Part shown: piece after piece, positions 51,801 to 64,000 of the stretch | How the letters are laid out: each line of letters starts with the position of its first letter | How positions within the stretch are numbered: the first letter of the stretch is position 1 | DNA from: Cenococcum geophilum | Lineage: Eukaryota | Direction of reading: 5' to 3' | DNA: 64,000 bases | Assembly: GCA_050273025.1 (NCBI GenBank) | Contig: CP158636.1 | Coordinates: forward strand, 11,160,001-11,224,000 | Program-made: the position numbers and the translations under genes | Notes under the pieces: model-generated | What the model saw: only the letters and a program-made list of their open reading frames with translations | Databases searched by the model: none | Told to the model about the DNA's origin: nothing

Positions 51801-54800
51801 TATAAATAATTTAATTAGGGGGTCCTAGGTAGATATTAATTTAGCATAATTAAAGAGTATCCTATACGTTTCTAGCTAATATATCTTTTAAAAAGCGTGC
51901 GGCTTAGAAGGAGGTTAAGAAGTTAATAACTTGGAGTACTGGCTTGCCGCTAAGATATATAATATCTATAATAATATAGAAGTTAAAGTCGTAGTCGTCT
52001 TTAAGGGTAAACTTAAATCGGCTAGGGGACTTCTGGTTTATTTAGCAGTAATAGTAGTACTTCGTAAGATATTTAATTGCCTTAACCTTAACTTTATAAC
52101 CTACTTGTTAAAGAACCCTAAGTAGTTAGTAAATAGATAGGTGGCTAAAACGATGATGTAGTTAACGTAGCTCTAACTTAGTTAAGTGACTTTAAGCAAC
52201 GCTTCTTTCTAGCTGTTAAAGGAGCAACTAAGGGTAACCCTACTTGCGTATAACGGGTACCCGATTATCTCCCTAAATAAGCATATTCTTAAGGTTATTA
52301 AGCTTAATGCCTAATTTATCTATATCTTAGATGCAGAATAGAAATAGGGTATTCGCGGGAATAATATGGAAAGTAATATATCCTAATAGGGTTTGGACCT
52401 TAATTGTGCCAAAAGAGATTATAGTACCCTTGCTAAAGCGAATTGTATATTAGCCTGCCATTAATTAGTTAATCTAGATAGAACTATTAAGCTACTAAAG
52501 AGCTCGGACTTAAGGTTCTCCTACTATAGATACTCCTACGGCTTTAGTATCTAGTATAATACTATAAAAGACGTTCGCCAAGTATCTATTATTAAAGGAG
52601 AACGCGGAACTTTTCTTTAGCTTGTTAAAGATATTTAACCTTGTAATAAAATAGAGCGTAGATTAGTTATTAAGGATAGCAACGGTTTATACGCCATTTA
52701 CCTTATTATACTTAGTGAAGTATTAGTTAGGAGAGTAGTCCTTAATTTCCATATCTATAAGGAGCTGTTTAGCCTTATTAATCTTACCCTTAAGATCTTC
52801 TTCGCCTTTATATTAAACTAGAAAGCTTTAGAAGTAGGCTATAGTAACTTTTTAGTTTCTAACATTTCGTGCGCTCTAGCGAAACTTATTATATACCTCC
52901 TTTTGTTTATTAAGGGGGTGTCTAGTTAACTAGTAATTTGGCTTCTTATAAACATAGCATTTCTTCTACTAATTGTTGCGAAATAAACCTCTATAAGGAC
53001 CTCCACGATTGCTTTATAGTTAATATTAATTATACCCTCTACCGTATCCCCTACTACGACTACTATATATTTAATTAGTCCAGTTATAATTATATTAGTC
53101 GGCCGGGTCAATTAAAGTAGGTTAGAGTTAGGCGTTAAATTACTATACTTCTTAAGAGCGTAGGGCGGTGCCGATAGAGGATCTTAATTAAGTATATATT
53201 CCTTTATAAGTACTTATAGGGTTAAAGAGAGCAAGGTTATATTCTTTAATACCTTAGCATGCGCTAATGACTTAATCGCGTAGGCTAAAGTCCTCTTAAT
53301 ATAATTTAGATAAACTACACTAAATTATCTAGAGTTAATTAAAGAGCTTTTAAAGATAATTAAGTTAAGAGGTACCTGGGTTTATAGCAATGATTCTTAG
53401 AAAGGTAGTCTCTCTCTACTCTAATATATACTACTACTTATTCTCCTCTGTTTTAAAGTGGTATCTTATTTTATATATTATTCGGTTAAAATTATATCCT
53501 TTTTCTACTAAACGATCATAATAGAAGGTACTAGCTCGGCCCTTAAGTATAACTAAATAAGTAATATAGTATTAATTAGGTTCTAGTTTAACCTTCTAGT
53601 AATAGTTATAGAAGATACATAACTTTGAATTAAGGATATTATATAGTTCTTTGCTAAACTTCTTCTTCTGTTCTAAATAGAGCTTTATAAGCTCTATAAG
53701 CATTTTTAAGGTGCCTCTAATTGGTGTTTGGCTGTATTATATTGTAGGCTGTAATAGTGATATAGATCTAGTTAGCGGAGTTTAAAGGTTGTTAGACCGC
53801 GAAGTAAGGGGATCTTGCGCTTATTGGGGGTTATTAATTAAGGCTGTGGGTTAAGCTGGTTAATATAGGGGAGTTGAAGACAGAAGTGGAGGCGATGGAT
53901 ATGGAATGTTAGAACTTGTGCCTGGAGTGATAGAGTTAGAACGCGTCTCTAGTGGTGTATTACTTAGGTTCTATTGTAATTTAAGCTTCTTTATAGTGCG
54001 TAGTTAGTGCTTAATCTCTTATAGAGTCCATTTATGCTCTTCCTTTGCATTAATAACGTGTTCCTAAATATTGTCCCTAATACTACCCCTATCCATAGGG
54101 ATAAATACTCTATACTCCTAAAGAAAGTTACGGAAGTCCCATATAATATCTTTATTTATAGGAACCTATGTTTCCTTTATCTATCTAATAAAGTCCTCCT
54201 TTATATAATACTATAGCGCGGTATTATCGTATTCGCTGTTTTTATAGTGTTCTATGTGGTATACTAAGAATCTATTTAGGTCTTATTGCTTAGCGGTTAC
54301 AAAGTTAGTTACGGCTCTGTCCTATATCTTTAGGTTAATATCTTTCTTATACTTCTTCGGATAGGTTAATGCTATGGTAGGTAGAATTAACGAGGTGTTA
54401 TACGTTGAAGGTAGGCAGGATTTTCGGTTTTATAGGATCTCGTAGGTTTGCTGTCTAAAGGTGGGTAATTTAAGATGTTATTCGACGCGTTTCGGACGTT
54501 AACTTAGGACCTTAGGTTTAGTGATACTTCTAACCTAAAGTACTTAACCAAATCTTCGTAAACGTGATTATTCTACGTAATAGACGTAACTTGGTATCTC
54601 CTAGTACTTAGTAACACTTCTATTACTAGTTTTCCGTAAGTCTAAGGTAGCATAATATCGCCGGGATCTATTCCATATAAGCGTATATAGCACCCCTGCA
54701 TAAGACTGTCTCTTCTATTAATAACCTAGCTGCTCTGTAGTTAACTGTATATTCAACCACTAATTAGTGTTAGTATTATAGGGTAACTCACTAATGCTAC

Positions 54801-54940
54801 TTGAGTAGATATAGTGAATGTTAGTTATAAAGCTTATTGTTTAGAATTAGGGGGTAGGTAAGGAACCTAAGGTTCCTTACTACGCTAGTGCCGCGGCAAC
54901 ACGTGACGACATGTAACGACCGCTTGCCTTATTCCCAATA
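48852..54940 (-). mobile_element. Full-length Copia LTR retrotransposon, GalEa-like, RIP-inactivated
   Basis: 173-bp LTRs at 48852-49024 and 54768-54940; 5-bp TSD GATAT. Degenerate IN-RT-RNaseH (GKPVL.V, KSRLVI, G.QTDD-like, ..DS.SLY). Palindromic ACTAATTAGT at the PBS position. Confidence 0.9.
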
Positions 54941-55654
54941 GATATTCTCTAGTAATACCTAAGGTATAGCTGCTAGCCTATTAGTAACTTCCTAGGTATA
55001 CTTTTTTAAGTTAAATTTCTTAGTAACGTATCTTTAGCAGGTTTATTACGCTAGTATAGCGACATTAAGCGCTATCCGTATAGGTATATAGTCTAAGATA
55101 ATTACTAGTTTATCTACTTTATAAGGAAAAAAAGGGTAAGTAGTAACCTAGCCTTAATAGTAAATATCTAAGGCTATAAAGTAAAACTAGAAGCTACCCT
55201 TAAGGTCTTAAGGGTTTAGGTAAACTCTAGGTTAAACTAGAATAAGTATATTATATAGACTACTTATAAAGGAGGAGTAGTACTTTTAGCAGTATTATAA
55301 ATAACTACCTTAATATAAGGACCCTTTTTTAAATATATACGCCTACTATATATAGTAGTAATAAGATTAATAATACTATACGGCTTTTAGATTAAGGGCC
55401 TAAGACTAAATAATAAGGTACTAATAAAAAGCTCTTTAGCGCTATTAGCTAAGCTATAAAACTAGTGCCTATATAGAACTATAGGGGCCTATAGAAGAAT
55501 ACTACGCGCTATACTAGAACGCGAAGTAGTAGTTCTACTACTAGACTTATATATTAACTTAACTACTATATAAAGAGCAGTTATAGTATAAGGCTACCTA
55601 GTAGAAGAAAATATATACTAAATACTAAAATATATATAAGGAACAAGATATATA

Positions 55655-58600
55655 ATAATAATAATAATTCATTGCTTAACGTCCGATTTAGATCCCTATT
55701 AGGCCCACGCGGACTACTCCTTATATATATATAGGGAGAAAACTCTATTTAAGAAAACCCTGTAATCTATCTCCCTGCCTTTTAGGACTCGCCTATAAGG
55801 CGCCTATAAGGCGCCTATAAGTCACCTATAGTGCTTCTACTACCTTACTTTTTACCCTTTTTAGGAACCACTGCTGCCGTAATAAGCCTACGGACGCGCT
55901 AGTATTATAAACTTTACTCTACTACTATAGAGTTATTAGGGGGCGCCCGTTACTCGCCCCCCCACCCTTTATTACTATTTCCCTTACAACCTAGAACTAG
56001 TTTAGTATATTTTAGCTAATAAGCTACTAGGTAACCGCCTTAAGGCCTTTTTATATTAAGAGTAGTATATTATAGTTCTTTATGCTAGCTACTAAAAGCA
56101 TTACTTCTTAGTTAGTGTGTAAGGGGCATAACAGTATTACGTGTTTTGGTGTCTGTTTTAGCTAGCTATATTTATATCTTAGGCTACCTACTAAGACACC
56201 TACCTGGTAGAGCCAGTCTTTTAGTTCTATTATTCCTATTCTTAAGAGTATCGCTATTATATTTTCTGCCTTTATTAGGCCTTCTCGGAGCCCTAGAGTG
56301 TTTACCCCCTATAGCGTTAACTATGCTACGGCTTAGGTTCCTCTTATCTTAGTTAACCTCTATACCTTTAACTTATATATACCTCTCTAGCGTTAGTCTA
56401 ACCAGTATTATATTACGGTAGATAGTTTCCTAGCATTCTTTTATGCTCTACTTTGGCTCCTTTCTCTCTCTTACTATTATCTTTACTGGCCTCTTACGCG
56501 TCTCCCTTCCTCCTCTATATAGGCCTGGGCCCTAAAGCAGCACTATTCTTCTTCTACTTTCTTTACCTATTTCTTTAATATATCTTCCCTACTTTAGGGT
56601 TATTAGTTTATTCTTCTATAGGGCGCCCTAGGGTCCCTCCATAGTTTATTTAGGCGTGTTTTAATATACTTTATAACATTAGAGTTACGTTTATTTTAGG
56701 TCCTTTATATTGCAGCGGCTTTAATATATAGTTATAGGGGGGGAATATTAGCTTCCTTCTTAAGCAGTGCTGTAGCCGTTCGCTTATATCCGCCTATTAT
56801 ACTTTAAAGGTAAGCTATTTGGACCTTTTAAAGTAGTTTAAGGAGCGACTTAGGGGGGCCTTTTTTAGATTCTCTAATAGCCTAAATACTGGACCTATAT
56901 ATTATAGTTAGCCGGATAACTGCTATATATAGTAGGCGTAGCCTCTAAAAGCATAGGCCCTATATAAAATTAACGATCCTAAATAATATAATATACTGTA
57001 CTTAGCCCTTATGGGCCGCTTATACTGCATATACGCTCTACCGGAGCTTACTATCTACCTATACTCCTAATACCCTTAGGCCCTAAACTAGTTAACCCCT
57101 AAAGCCTTAAATGTGGATTATATGCTAGAGATCTATAAATTAGTTACGTTTTCTTATAAAATAGATTAGCTGGTATTTCTCTAGTAAGAATTAGACTCTA
57201 TATTGTCTTGCCTATTCTATATAGGTATTATAAGCTTTCTCTAGCATTCTGCAATTCTTTACGGCTAATAGCCCGTATATAATTAGGTTTATATCGTTAA
57301 TAAAGCCTATCCCCTAGGTCGCTTCTTTCTTAAAGAAGTTAAGTAGGTTGCTTATAAAGAAAAGGAAGAGTATAGGCGAGAGGGGTAATCCTTATAGTAT
57401 TCCTATTGTAACTATAATAGGGGGGCTCTAGTATCTACTAAAGACTAGTAATGTTTCTTTCTAATCTATAAACCCTTAGATAAATTATATAATCCATTCT
57501 AGGAAGCCTTTTACCCTAAGGATATATAGGAGACGCTTGTAGGATATATTATTATAGGCGCCACTAATATTTAGGCTAAGTATTAATACTATAAAGTCCC
57601 TTTATATCGCCTATGTAGATTTAATAGTGGTAGCGAGTAGCGTAAGTGCTAATAGTGTTAAGCGGTTCTTTCTTGCCCCTATTTAGCTCTGTAGTAGTAA
57701 GGCGTATTCCTTAGCCGTATCTGCTATATAGTCCGCTATTACCTTTTCTAAGATCTTGCTAAGAGTGTTTTCTAAGGCAATAGGGCGGTAGCTTTTTGGG
57801 ATTAAGTAATCTACTTTACCTTCTTTTTATAGGACCACCGTTATTATAGATCTTTTAAGTTATAGGTAGTAGCCTATAATAAAGTATGCTCTAGCTATAT
57901 CTACAAGCTAAGGTGCTATAAGTAGTCTACAGGTCTTTAAGGCCTTATTTAGAATCCTATCTAGACCTAGTACTATATTATTTAAAAGGCGGCTAATAGT
58001 TCTGGCTATTTCCTCTATTATTATATTGCTATTAACCCGTAGGCGGGTTACTGGTGCTTTACCTGTAATATTACTAAGGTCTGCTAGAGCTAGTTAGGGG
58101 AAGAACCTTTCTATAAGAATCTTTACCTTCTTATCGTTATTATTAGTGGCCTATAATTCCCCTGCTCTTTATAGGGGTAGTAAGTATAAATCTTCTACTA
58201 ATCGCCCTACCTTTTTCTTTACCTATTTTGCTATAGCCTATAGGCCCTTATTATAGGGGAGGCTTAGGTTAAAAGTATACTTATTTATAAATCGTCTCTA
58301 GTTATTCCTTACTTTTTTTTTTTAGGGTATTCTTTAACTGGTTTCTTATATCTTTATATTATCTCTTATCTTTAGAATTATAGCTACTTAAGTATTTCCT
58401 TCTTGCTTATTATTGGCTAGCTATAAAAACCGCGTATTATATGGACCAAGTGTGTCGTGTATAGGGGCCCGGTTTTAAGACCGGGCAGTGCTCTTCCAGC
58501 CTATTTTTAATTGCTGCCTAGATCCTTTCTAGTCTTCGGTTAATTTCCTTAGGGATGGCTAATAAGCCTTACTTGTTTAGTATTGGGTGGATTTCTTCTA

Positions 58601-61234
58601 GGTCTTAGAGTTATTATTTAACTATATTAAGGAAACTGTTTACCTTAAGCATCCTTATTACGTATCTTTTACTATTTAGTTACGCCTTAATATCCAAATC
58701 TAGCTATATCTGGATAGGGATATAGTCTAAGGTAAGTGCCTATTCTTCTTTAGGGTTATACCTTTTAAGTCTCTAGTATAGGCCTTTGTCTATAAATATA
58801 AGGTTAATTATACTTTTAGCGGATTCTCGTTACCATATAATTGCTTTAGGGGGGGTAGCTAGCTTAAGGCCCTAGGTATCTATAGCTTTTAGTAGGCACT
58901 CTACCTATTATTTAGCAGCGACGTAGATACCCCCCTACCGCGGGTAGTGGAGGTTTATATCTCCTAATAGGATAAACTCTATGCCTTTAGTTTTAAGTAA
59001 GCTTATTACTAATATAATATTCTCTGTTTATAGGACCCCTTTAACCCTAGGGTTATATATATTAATAATTTATACCGGTCCTCTATATGTCTGGATTATT
59101 ATAACTATAATATCTAGATTAACTGCCTGCTATAACTATAAGGATAGGCTAATAGTCTTACTAATTATAAAGTATACGCGTATAGCTGCTTTTGGTTCGT
59201 ATAGGAGCTAGAATCCTTAGGGGCAGTATATTGATTATATATAGGTATTATAGTACGGCTCTTATATAGCAAGGATATAGTATTTCTCTAGGTCTAGACT
59301 ATCTAGTAGGGGCCTTATAAGACGGTGGTTTATATTGCTATAGTTATACTATATAATGGATAGGTGGCGGACCCCCGGCGAGGGTCCTTTGCCTCTTTAT
59401 TATTTCTTACTTCTTCTGTTTCCACTTTCTCTAGAATATTTAAAACTTCTATCTCTTGTATCTGCACCCTAGTTATTACTTATTTTATATAGAGCTTTCC
59501 ATTTCCGTGTCTTATGTTTCTACTAGCGCTTTTATATCTAAATCTGTTATTATCTTTAGTTCTTCCCCTATTCTTACTAATTAGCTATATACCCTTTAAG
59601 AGTTGGCTATAAATATTATATTTGCCGCGTTAAGTCTAATTCTTAACTATCCCGGTTTTAAGCTTGCTATAGCTGTCTATAAGGGGTTTTCTACAAGGCG
59701 TCCTCTCCCTTATGTCCCCTGTAACCCTTATATCCCTATACGGTCTAGTAATATCGCGCAGCGTCGCTTCTGGCCTATTAAGGCTTGGGATAGCTAGCCT
59801 AGCCCCCTAATATTAAAGGTAGGAAACGCTAGAAGGGCACCTGCGCCCCCCTAGCTTATTGCCTATTATTTCCATTTATATAACCTAGCGTACAGTTATT
59901 CCCGCAGCTATTAAGCCCTAACCTTCCGTCTCCTATATTTAATGCAGTCTTCTCTCTCCTACGCCTTATGTGTGCTTTAGTAGCAGTTTACGTATTTTAT
60001 TTAGTCTTAATTTAAGTAGTGTCTTATATTATAGGGGCCTATATAGTAGCCGCAGTATACTTATACTGCGTATATAGATTAGGTGTGCCCCCATTATATA
60101 TAGCGATAGTATTATTTTAGGCGGAGTCTATAGTTATAAAGCCTTGCGTTATATATAAGGCCATTTATAATAATACCTTTTTAAATAAGGAGTTTTTGTA
60201 TTCCTAGTGTATATATACTAATAATAAGGGAGCTATATGTTTAACTAGCGTTTCCCTAATAAGTCTTTAGCGACCCTTATATTCTTTTATTATTCTTATT
60301 ATATACTTAGTTTACATTTTCCTATTAAAGCTATTAGATTTAGGTAATCTTAAGTCCTAGTATAAGGCGTTCCGTTTGTTTTACTATCTTATATATAGTT
60401 GCTATATTGTCCGCCTAGCGTCCCTTTTCTACCTTAAGGCTTAGGGGAACCGCTAGAACTTTAACTAGGTAATCTTCGCGGAGCACTTTTATGCTAATAC
60501 GTTCCCCTAGCCTGTTCCCTACCCTAACGGCTCATTCCTTTACCTATTAGTCCCTTAGGGTAACTCTAATATCTCTACTTCTAAGGTGTTGGACTATAAT
60601 AGCGTTATAAACCTCTTTATAAATCTCTATAAGAACTTCTGTTTCTAATTATCCCCTAAGCCCCTTTACTTTTTCTATATTTGGTTATATTATAATTATA
60701 TACCTAGATGTTGTCTTTAGGGGGGTAGGTTCCCTATACTGTAGACGCGTAGCTACGGCGGCCTAGGTACGGTTCGCCGGTAAAAAAGGGTTTTATTTAT
60801 TTTTAATTTTACTTAACTATTAGAGGATTTAATTAAGGGTTTACTAGAGGGGCGCCTAAGGTTCGCTAAACTAGCGGAGCCATTCTGCTAGCTATATTAG
60901 TTCATTATAGCTAACGGTTACTCCCCTATAACTGCGGATACTAAACGCGTCTAATAGGCTTTATACTTTATTAGATGCCTTCTCAATAGAGGTCTTTCCG
61001 CTTTATAGTATGGTATTCGCCCGTTCTTGTTATAGAGGGCCATTGCTAGGCATAGTTCTAGTAGACGCGCGCGAGTGCGAACCACCGTCGTTTAATATAT
61101 ACCTCCCCTGCGATGCATGCATCTTAGGGGGATTCTCTAAATGTTTTTTAGGGTTTTTTTTAGTTGGTTTTAGTCTTTTTGGGCCGGGTGCAGCAAGAGC
61201 TCCAAAGTCCTTAATAAATAAAATATTGTAGTAT
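55655..61234 (-). mobile_element. Full-length Tad1-like LINE (family B), RIP-inactivated
   Basis: 15-bp TSD GGAACAAGATATATA at 55640-55654 and 61235-61249; (ATT)n tail. Degenerate ORF1; endonuclease start (I.QYN..ILAI.EPY); RT (SYRPIALENTLSKILEK, G.PLSPILFLFF). Confidence 0.9.
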
Positions 61235-61669
61235 GGAACAAGATATATATAAGAAGCGATAGCCCCTTAAAGAGGTAATATGCCTAAGTATACTAGCTAG
61301 GAAGCCCTCTACCTATAAATAATAGAGAGAAAAGAAAATATGGAAATTATTATCTTACTAGGTAAAGACCTAGCGCTATACTAGTAGAGTATTATAATGG
61401 TAATAGAGAATAGGAGGTTACTAATATAAATAGAGATTTACTATACTAATTATAAGATAGGTAGGTTTTAAATAGAAGTAATAATAGAAAGAGGTAGTAA
61501 AAATATAAGACGCAGCTATATAGAATACCCTATAGTTAATACTAACTCTTCTTTTATATAAAGGACTAATAAAGGTAAAATCTATAGCTGTCTTTCTACT
61601 ATAGATAAAGGTTCTAGGTCTAAATATATAGCTAATATCTATATATTAAATATCTTACCTTAATATATA

Positions 61670-61740
61670 ATAATAATTATTTATTACTTAATGTCTAATT
61701 TAGATCCCTATTAGGCCTACACGGACTACTTCTTAGTTAA
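61670..61740 (-). mobile_element. About 70-bp extreme 3' fragment of LINE family B
   Basis: Matches 55655-55722 (TTTAGATCCCTATTAGGCC.AC.CGGACTACT). Flanked by a CTTAATATATA duplication at 61659-61669 and 61741-61751. Confidence 0.7.
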
Positions 61741-62311
61741 CTTAATATATATACCAGTGGCCTATTTAGTTAGTATATTATATACTACTATTCTATAGCT
61801 ACCGCTTAGTAAGGGACTAGCTACTCGCTAGCGTAGGCATAAATAATATCACTTAGATACTCTTTATAAGTAGGGGCTTATAAATAGTAGTAAAATAGCT
61901 TATAGGCTAAGGAATTCTTTAGTAGTTCTAAATAGCATATAAGATCTAATAGGAGGACACTAAATAATACGCCCTATTCTAGCCCCTTAAGGACTAAATA
62001 CCCCCGCCTAGCTATAGGCGGCTTACTAGCGAATTTCTAGACCCTTTTACTACTCCTTTTAGATTTTCTAATATACCTAGGAAGTATAGTATATAATGTA
62101 GACTAGAAGATATAAAGATATACTAGCTAGGCGAAGATGGAACGAATAGGACTAGCTAAAAGGAAATACTTAGGGTTTTCCCCTTATAGGGCTTTTTCCT
62201 ATATAGACCTAAAAAGGGACCAAATTGGGCAATAAATAGAATTAATAATAATAATTATATAGGTGGTTATATAGCTAATTATAGAACCTTCGTAGTATAT
62301 TAGTGCTGTGT

Positions 62312-63140
62312 TAGTAGAGCTTTAAAGCTCTATATAAGGTTTTGAGTAGAGCTTCGAGCAGAGCCTTGTGCAGAGCTTTGAGCAGAGCCTTGTGCAGAGC
62401 TTTGAGCAGAGCCTCGTATAGAGCTTTGAGCAGAGCTTCGAGCAGAGCTTCGAGCAGAGCTTCGAGCAGAGCTTCGAGCAGAGCTTCGAGCAGAGCTTCG
62501 TGCAGAGCTTCGAGCAGAGCTTCGAGCAGAGCTTCGAGCAGAGCTTCGTGCAGAGCTTCGAGCAGAGCTTCGAGCAGAGCTTCGTGCAGAGCTTCGAGCA
62601 GAGCTTCGTGCAGAGCTTCGAGCAGAGCTTCAACCAGAGCTTCAACCAGAGCCTCAACCAGAGCCTCAACCAGAGCCTCAACCAGAGCCTCAACCAGAGC
62701 TTCAACCAGAGCTTCGACCACGGCTTCGACCAGAGCTTCGAGCGGAGCCTCGACCAAAGCCTCGAGCGGAGCCTCGACCAAAGCCTTGACCAGAGCCTTA
62801 ACCAGAGCCTCGACCAGAGCCTCAAGCAGAGCTTCGACCAGAGCTTCGACCAGAGCTTCGACCAGAGCTTCGACCAGAGCTTCGACCAGAGCTTCGACCA
62901 GAGCTTCGACCAGAGCTTCGACCAGAGCTTCGACCAGAGCTTCGACCAGAGCTTCGACCAGAGCTTCGACCAGAGCTTCGACCAGAGCTTCGACCGGAGC
63001 TTTAAGCAGAGCCTCGTGCAGAGCCTTGTGCAGAGCTTTATATAGAGTTTGTATTCGTGCAGGCGTTCGTGCAGACGTCGTGCAGGCTTCGTGCAGGCTT
63101 CGTGCAGGCTTTCGTGCAGGCTTTCGTGTAGGCGTTTATG
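62312..63140. repeat. 12-bp minisatellite (GAGCAGAGCTTC / GACCAGAGCTTC variants), about 60 units, followed by degenerate TTCGTGCAGGC units
   Basis: Direct reading. Same CAGAGCTTC core and orientation as the 44095 array. Confidence 0.95.
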
Positions 63141-63309
63141 CAGGCAGCGGAAGAGTAATAAAGCAGGTAATAAGGCCTAGAGTTAGTCTAGATATAATAT
63201 ATTAGCTATTTAGGTATTTATCTACTATAAATATTAATATAGGAGGTTAAATGTTAAGGATTGGTAATGGTTAATAGCTCTGGCTAAATATTTACTATTT
63301 TAGTGGTAA

Positions 63310-63621
63310 TATTTAAGGTAAAATATAGCAGTAACTATAACGCCGTTTATAATAATTTTGGTAGCATTAGAATTGCCTTATAAAGCTCTAGAATATAACG
63401 TTGGCCGATTATCTATAAAGGCGTTAGTTTATTATTAATTAATAGTAGTAGAGTTTTAAGTAAAGCTTTAAAGGGGAGATTCGCTTATTTAAGGCGAAAT
63501 ATAGTAATAACTACCAGGCCGTTTGCAATAATTTTGGTAGCATTAGAATTGCCTTATAAAGTTCTAGAACATAACGTTGGCCGATTATTTATAAAGGCAT
63601 TAGTTCGTTATTAATTAATAG
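63310..63621. repeat. Direct duplication of about 136 bp (period 176 bp)
   Basis: 63310-63445 versus 63486-63621, sharing AATAATTTTGGTAGCATTAGAATTGCCTTATAAAG. Confidence 0.85.
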
Positions 63622-64000
63622 CTAAAGGATTTAGTATGGCGCGCGAGTTTGTATAAGAATTATATATAAATCGGCGCAAGGGATTAATAAATTTCCGAAC
63701 CGTGTACCAGACGACAATAACATAAGATGATTAATCTGTTATATAAGCAGCTTATGATTGGTTGATCGTCTGGGACCGAGCTAAGACCGAATAAGAAGGG
63801 ACTCTGCTTATGTAAGCAGGAAACGCATGTGGAGGACTCCTCCAGTACCATCGCCACAACACCCAAAGCTGATATCTGCGGGATACACTCCGAAACAAGA
63901 AGCTGAAGTTATTTTTCAGTATGCCTCTAATTAGTGCTCTACAGATTTGTGTGTTGAAGAACTGGCTGAAGATCCCTTCATGACGCTCATACGGCCTCCT

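Larger units (their letters stand above)
45601..55040 (-). mobile_element. LINE family A RT fragment, interrupted by another family-A copy (46561-47666) and a Copia (48852-54940)
   Basis: The RT reading (..ILSLDLSG.F.N..RLL.IL..KG, PLSP-like, degenerate GFVDD, KF..D.YQ.IHF.R) rejoins across both insertions. Confidence 0.75.
55045..62258 (+). mobile_element. 5'-truncated LINE family A copy with (AAT)n tail, interrupted by LINE family B insertions
   Basis: Inverted homology to 45600-46420 and 46561-47660. The sequence rejoins across 55655-61234; tail AATAATAATAAT near 62243-62255. Confidence 0.75.
43674..63783. mobile_element. TIR DNA element with 9-bp TSD (AGACCGAAT), AcademH-like termini, apparently non-autonomous, inflated by nested retroelements
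   Basis: AGACCGAAT occurs at 43665-43673 and 63784-63792 but only once in the intact sister LTR. Left end TTGTCTCGTTCCCAGAC; right end reverse-complement TAGCTCGGTCCCAGAC. Confidence 0.75.
40708..63856 (-). mobile_element. Internally deleted Ty1/Copia element (about 3 kb net) whose 5' LTR is split by a 20.1-kb insertion
   Basis: 3' LTR at 40708-40913; 5' LTR in two pieces, 43532-43673 and 63793-63856. TSD TAACA/CAACA; PBS GGTTATAAGCAC; PPT-like CTAGGGGGTG. Gag remnant with a CGxCKKRH..C knuckle and protease ADSCSNIHICND; no recognisable integrase core, RT or RNase H. Confidence 0.88.

Noticed and set aside
62311..63205. Long ORFs (156-287 aa) as genes
   Set aside because: Open frames arise automatically from a stop-free 12-bp repeat. 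There is no independent coding evidence.
43674..63783. Starship element
   Set aside because: No tyrosine-recombinase captain near either end and no cargo genes. A true 9-bp TSD with TIRs points to a DDE-type element.

Overview
Eukaryotic DNA from a filamentous ascomycete (Pezizomycotina-type short GT-AG introns with CTAAC/CTGAC branch sites, strong RIP C>T/G>A signature in repeats). All gene models and element boundaries were read by eye; no searches were run. The left 40 kb is genic. It opens with an NLR-type gene on the minus strand (N-terminal helical domain, NACHT, three C2H2 fingers, near-identical WD40 repeats running off the window edge), head-to-head with a Rad5/16-like SNF2 ATPase. 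Next come LSO2/CCDC124, a DJ-1/PfpI pseudogene, an Sds3-like gene, two disabled BYS1 paralogues, an SDR, an HNH nuclease, an aldehyde dehydrogenase, a GMC oxidoreductase pseudogene, a thiolase and a beta-carbonic anhydrase. A full-length RIPed Copia sits 36 bp upstream of the ALDH start codon, and several MITEs are scattered through the region. The right 23 kb is one nested mobile-element stack. An internally deleted Copia has its 5' LTR split by a 20.1-kb insertion bounded by a 9-bp TSD and AcademH-like termini. That insertion carries two 12-bp minisatellite arrays, at least four pieces of one LINE family, a GalEa-type Copia and a second full-length LINE. The most promising leads are the NLR-SNF2 divergent pair, the ZnF+WD40 NLR architecture and the AcademH-like element.
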